From the NCBI GenBank assembly GCA_963847705.1, contig CAWKBC010000029.1:288001-352000 (forward strand): a DNA stretch of 64,000 nucleotides, read 5' to 3'. The notes under the pieces were generated by a model, which saw only the letters and a list, made by a program, of their open reading frames with translations, did not search any database and was not told the origin of the DNA. The stretch's first letter is position 1. Every line of letters starts with the position of its first letter. The stretch comes from an uncultured Pseudomonadota bacterium (lineage in GTDB: Bacteria > Myxococcota_A > Polyangia > Fen-1088). Below are positions 59,822 through 64,000 of the stretch, in pieces. The translations under genes were made by a program, and so were the position numbers.

Positions 59822-60181
59822 ATGTCGCGATCGGCGCGAGCCCGACTGATCTGCAGCGCGATGGCTGCGTTGCTCGCCGGCGCGCTCGCGGGGGGCTGTG
59901 GAAGCTCGCCGCCGACGGACCGGAATTTCGGGACCAACCTCGGCGCGGACTTCCGAGCGCCAATCGTCGACGCCGGCTCCGGCGACACGAACGTGACGCC
60001 TGAGGCTTCCATCGACGAAGCGGGCACCGGCGGCACGACGGGCACCGGCGGCACGACGGGCACCGGCGGCACGACGGGCACCGGCGGCACGACGGGCACC
60101 GGCGGTGACGCCGGCGCGGCGGGACAGACGGGCGCGGGAGGCGCGGGCGGAAACGCCGGTGCGGCCGGCGGCGGGTCATGA
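59822..60181 (+). CDS. Gly/Thr-rich lipoprotein
   Basis: Lipobox AGGC and (GTGGTT)n repeats. Confidence 0.7.
   Translation: MSRSARARLICSAMAALLAGALAGGCGSSPPTDRNFGTNLGADFRAPIVDAGSGDTNVTPEASIDEAGTGGTTGTGGTTGTGGTTGTGGTTGTGGDAGAAGQTGAGGAGGNAGAAGGGS
60023..60103. repeat. 18-bp coding tandem repeat (about 4.5 copies)
   Basis: GGCACCGGCGGCACGACG units. Confidence 0.9.
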
Positions 60182-60233
60182 AGGGCATGGACATCAGGCC
60201 CGATTTGGTCGAAAAAAGATCCTAGAGGAACCG

Positions 60234-61680
60234 ATGCAGGTCGTTTGCGCCACGTGCCAGCTCAGCTTCGATGCGCCCGAGGGAGCGACGGGCCTGGTCT
60301 GTCCGATTTGCCGCGGCCCGCTGCGACCGCAGGCGACCGCCGGAAGCGACGGTGACGGCGCCAGCAAGACGGCACACGATTGGAGCGGCGGCGATCTCGA
60401 CGATCTCGATCGCCATCCTGAGCGCGCCTGCTGTCTCGGCGCGGGTCGAGGTGCTCGGCGCGACCGGTGACGAGGCCATCGGCGAGGTTCACCTGCTGGC
60501 GGGCGGCGTCTCGGACTCGATCTACCAGGGCAAGGCGACCGACGACGCGCTCGATCGGCTGCGGGCGGACAAGCCGACCCGATTCCGCGTGGAGCAGCGG
60601 CTCCCCAACCCGCTCGACGGCAACCTGAGCGAGCCGGGGCCGGAGACCGGAACGCTGGACGGGCGCGCGCTGGCGCACCTCATGCGTTACTGCGAGGACT
60701 ACGTCATCAGCTGCGCCATCGACGTGTGGCGCGGCAACGAGACGGCGCGCGTGGAGTACAAGCGCGGCGAGATCAGCGGCGTCACCGTCGGCGGCATCGA
60801 CGCCCCCGAACGGCTCGCCGAGGTGATGCAGTGGTCGTCGGGCAACTACCGGCTGGTCGTTCCCGAGTTCAAGCTGCCGGCCACCGCGCCCAAACGGGCC
60901 AAGTCGTCGACGGCCACGCCAGCGCCGGTCCCGGCCCCCGCGCCGTCGGCGCAGGCGGCGCGGAACGCTAGCTCCACCAAGACCATCTTCGGGATGCCCG
61001 TCGCCGAGGTCGCGAAGGCCCGTGCGGCCGCGGAGGCCGCGAAAGAGGCTGCCAAGGAATCTGCGGCGACCGCCCCAGACATGGTGCGACCAAGTGTCCA
61101 ACCCGCGGCGCCGCGGGTGGCGACGCCGGTGCCGGTCGTCGCGCCCACCCCGCGCGTCTCGCCGCCCGGCATCGCGCCGAGCGCGACGCCCGCGCCGATG
61201 AGCGCCTCGCGCGACAGCGCCACCAAGACCATCTTCGGCGTGCCGGCGCCGCGCGCACCCGAGGGGTTCCAATCCACGGTGCCCGCGCAACGCGGGTCGC
61301 AGCCGGGCGCGCCCGCGATGACCGCCGACGCAGACTCGGCGCGCACGGAGACCGCCAAGGTCAATCGCAAGACGGGCGCCCGCAAGGTCGACGTCCCCGC
61401 GCCAGCCGTGGTCGCCCCGACGACGGCGCCAGCGGCAGCCCCGCCCCGTGCGGCGTCTGCGCCGATCGCTGCGCCGACTTCGGAGCCGAGCGAACGGCAA
61501 CCGACGACGACGCCCGGATTTGATTCGCGCGGGGCCGCCCGCAAGCCGGGGGCAGCCGCACCCGCCTCTGACAAGCCGCCTCAAAAGCAAACGCAGCTCT
61601 GGACGTACGTCGGCGTGGGCTTCGCGTTCGGCCTGGTCCTGCTCGGCATCTACCAGCTCTACGGTCTCCTGGCCCATTGA
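60234..61680 (+). pseudogene. Frameshifted Zn-finger plus DUF4388-like membrane protein (pseudogene or sequencing error)
   Basis: GAGGA RBS and ATG 60234 give CATC...CPIC. Removing one base near 60408 joins GDLDDL to IAILSAPAVSARV in ORF 60271..61680, which ends in a TM helix. Confidence 0.75.
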
Positions 61681-61693
61681 GGGGACCGGCAAC

Positions 61694-62614
61694 GTGCTGA
61701 GCGCCGTCGTCGACGCCTATCGGCGGACACGGAAGCCGAAGGACATTTTCTGGAACAAGTTCGTCGCCCGACCGCTGGCCGCGGTGGTGATCGTCCCACT
61801 GGCCCGCACCCGTGTGACGCCGAACCAGATCACGCTGGCGACGCTGCCGGTCTTTCTCGCCGGCGCGGCGGTGATGGCGTTCCTGCCCAGCTGGCCGATG
61901 CTCTGTTTGGGCGTGGCGATCCTCGAGCTCTCCTATGTGCTCGACTGCGCCGACGGACAGCTGGCCCGGCTCAAGGGGACCTCGTCTCCCGTGGGGGCCC
62001 ACCTCGATTTCCTGATGGACGAGCTCAAGGCCTTCACGCTGGTCGCCGCGGTCGCGGTCCGCCTCTGGTGGCCGTCTCACGAGGGGCGCTGGCTGCTCGA
62101 AGGGCTCGGGGGGCTCGTCATCGTGGCGGGGGCCATCAGCCTCACGACGTTCATGCGCCGTCCCGAGTACGCCGCGGCCACCGGCACCGCCGTCGCCAAG
62201 GGGGCCGGCGACTATGGAGAGGGGTTCGCCGCCGCGGCGCCCACCCGCCGTTCGCCGCTCGCCCTCGTCGAGGGGCTCGGCCGCTTCGTCGTCCACTACC
62301 CGAGCTACATTGTCTTCGTGGCGCTCGCCAACCGGATGGACCTGTTTCTCCACGCCTACCTGGCGATGAACGCCGCCTACGCGGCGCGCGCGCTCCTGAC
62401 CATCGGACGTTCGCTCGGGCGGGGACCCGGGAACCCCGGGAGGGTCCCTCGCGTGGACGTAGTCGGGCTTCGCCCGGCGCAGTCCGTCGCGGGGGGGAGC
62501 GGGGACCCTTCCAGGGTCCCCGACGATGATCGCGTGGACGTAGCCGGGCTTCGCCCGGCGCAGTCCGTCGCGGGGGGGAGCGGGGACCCTTCCAGGGTCC
62601 CCGACGACAAATGA
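61694..62614 (+). CDS. CDP-alcohol phosphatidyltransferase family protein
   Basis: TPNQIT and LDCADGQLARLKGTSSPVGAHLDFLMD. Confidence 0.93.
   Translation: MLSAVVDAYRRTRKPKDIFWNKFVARPLAAVVIVPLARTRVTPNQITLATLPVFLAGAAVMAFLPSWPMLCLGVAILELSYVLDCADGQLARLKGTSSPVGAHLDFLMDELKAFTLVAAVAVRLWWPSHEGRWLLEGLGGLVIVAGAISLTTFMRRPEYAAATGTAVAKGAGDYGEGFAAAAPTRRSPLALVEGLGRFVVHYPSYIVFVALANRMDLFLHAYLAMNAAYAARALLTIGRSLGRGPGNPGRVPRVDVVGLRPAQSVAGGSGDPSRVPDDDRVDVAGLRPAQSVAGGSGDPSRVPDDK
62419..62607 (+). repeat. Tandem REP-like palindromic units (81-bp period, two copies plus a partial) in-frame in the gene 3' end
   Basis: Units start at 62449 and 62530. Hairpins CCGGGC-TTC-GCCCGG and GGGGACCCT-TCC-AGGGTCCCC. Confidence 0.9.
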
Positions 62615-63390
62615 AGGCGATCATCGTGGCCGCCGGACGCGGCCGCCGGCTCGGACAGGAGACCGAAGAGATCCCCAAGTGCATGGTCGAGGTCGCGGGG
62701 CGCGCGATCCTGCACCGGCAGCTCGACGCGCTGGCCGCCGCCGGCGTCGACGACGTGGTGATCGTGCGCGGCTATCGCGGCGACAAGATCGCGCCGCCGG
62801 CCGGAGGGCCGCCGCTCCGCTTCGTCGAGAACCCCGACTGGGCGGAGAACAACATCCTGACCTCGCTGCTCTACGCCGAGCGCGAGATGAAGGACGGGTT
62901 TCTGTTCTCCTACTCGGACATCGTCTTCGCGCCCGAGCACGCCCGCAGACTGGCGGAAGCGCCGGGTCCCGTGGCGCTGGTGATCGATCGGCGCTGGCGC
63001 GACGCCTACGAGGGGCGCACGCTCCACCCGGTGAGCGAGGCCGAGCTGGCTCGGGTCGAGGGGACCGGCGCCGCCGCCGCCGTCACGCGCGTCGGCAAGC
63101 GGCTGGTGGCGGCCGAGGAGGCCGCCGGCGAGTTCATCGGTCTGGCGCGCTTTTCGCCCGAGGGGGCCCAGGCGCTCGGCGAGGTCTGGCGCGAGGCCAG
63201 CGCCGCCGGCCGCAAGACCCCTTTCGGTGCCGCCGCCACGCTGGATCAGGCCTACCTCAGCGACGGTCTCAACGCGCTCACCGCGCGCGGCGTGGCGCTG
63301 CGCCCCCTCTTCATCGACGGTCTCTGGCGCGAGATCGACACCGAAGAGGACCTGGCGCGGGCCGAGAAGACGATCCGGTCGTGGACCTGA
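62611..63390 (+). CDS. LicC/IPCT-like NTP (cytidylyl)transferase
   Basis: AAGRGRRLG, PKCM, VRGYR, YSDIVF, GEFIGL and WREIDTEEDL. Confidence 0.88.
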   Translation: MKAIIVAAGRGRRLGQETEEIPKCMVEVAGRAILHRQLDALAAAGVDDVVIVRGYRGDKIAPPAGGPPLRFVENPDWAENNILTSLLYAEREMKDGFLFSYSDIVFAPEHARRLAEAPGPVALVIDRRWRDAYEGRTLHPVSEAELARVEGTGAAAAVTRVGKRLVAAEEAAGEFIGLARFSPEGAQALGEVWREASAAGRKTPFGAAATLDQAYLSDGLNALTARGVALRPLFIDGLWREIDTEEDLARAEKTIRSWT

Positions 63391-63424
63391 CTCGGACCCG
63401 ATCCAGGGCTAGATTGACGCTGAC

Positions 63425-63820
63425 ATGGCCGGCCCCGATCCCGCCCACTGGCTGCACCGACTGACCGCGGAGGAGTGGCTGGCCGCGGCTGCGACCGAAA
63501 TCTCCCATGCCGAGGCGGCGCTCGCGCGGCGCGCGGCGCGCCCCGGCGTCACCCACGCGCGGCGCGCGGCCGGCATGGCCTGGAACGCCGTCCTCACCGC
63601 CCACCCCGACGACCGCGCGGGACGCAGCTACATGGAGCACGTGGTCGCACTGGCCGTCGACGCCGCCCTGCCGGACGAGGTCCGGGCCGCGGCCCAGCGC
63701 CTGCGCGACACCCCCGCGGCCCCGCCCGAGCTGGTGACGCTCGGCAAGCCCGACCTCGCCCCGGCCCACGACGCCCGCACCATCCTCATCCACGCCCGCC
63801 GGCTCCTCACCCCGAACTGA
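63425..63820 (+). CDS. Hypothetical protein, possibly HEPN-like fold
   Basis: WLAAAATEISHAEAAL...HARRAAGMAWNAVL follows the HEPN helix pattern. Confidence 0.6.
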   Translation: MAGPDPAHWLHRLTAEEWLAAAATEISHAEAALARRAARPGVTHARRAAGMAWNAVLTAHPDDRAGRSYMEHVVALAVDAALPDEVRAAAQRLRDTPAAPPELVTLGKPDLAPAHDARTILIHARRLLTPN

Positions 63821-64000
63821 GCCGCCGCGCGCCGCGGGTGCGCTCCTGGGACGGGGCCGGCGTCCGGCTTGGTCCGGGCGGGCGGCCCCGGAGGGGGGCC
63901 GGTTCAGCTGCTTCCAGTATCTGGACCGCCCTGCACCAGCGCCCCGAAGGTGAGGCCGAGGAAAAACCCTTTCATCTCGGTCGACCGTACACTACCTCAA

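Noticed and set aside
63904-63975. Minus-strand 23-aa ORF MKGFFLGLTFGALVQGG..., preceded by TACGGT
   Set aside because: It looks like the start of a membrane protein but stops early. It may be frameshifted or low-quality sequence at the window edge and cannot be supported.

Overview
GC-rich bacterial chromosomal window with about 65 genes. It is most likely from a myxobacterium (Myxococcota); this is inferred from Gly-rich and Cys-rich lipoproteins, an AgmX/PglI-type C-terminal domain, a GAF-Ser/Thr kinase and an SctV-like protein. Housekeeping genes are accA, galE, ptsI, rpoZ, thyX, rplC-rlmE, hemE-hemH-hemY and carB-greA. There is one complete IS1182-like element (CTAG duplication, 18-bp imperfect inverted repeats). 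The most striking locus is a seven-gene ubiquitin-like sulfur-carrier operon (37534-42842): cysK, E1a, a thrC-like gene, a Ubl, E1b, a cysM-like gene and a JAB peptidase. Its two ThiF/MoeB genes have complementary defects. One has the ATP and Zn sites but lacks the N-terminal Arg-finger helix; the other has the Arg-finger helix and has lost the catalytic motifs. This suggests a eukaryote-like heterodimeric E1. Other notable signals are TANNNT boxes 6-9 nt before many start codons (leaderless expression), a duplicated NhaR-type operator ahead of small genes and a GT4-GH130 pair, an orphan SctV with an internal deletion, a dispersed two-hairpin REP-like repeat that sits in-frame in a gene and beside the IS, and one frameshifted gene. 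All product calls come from motif recognition by eye; no database searches were run.
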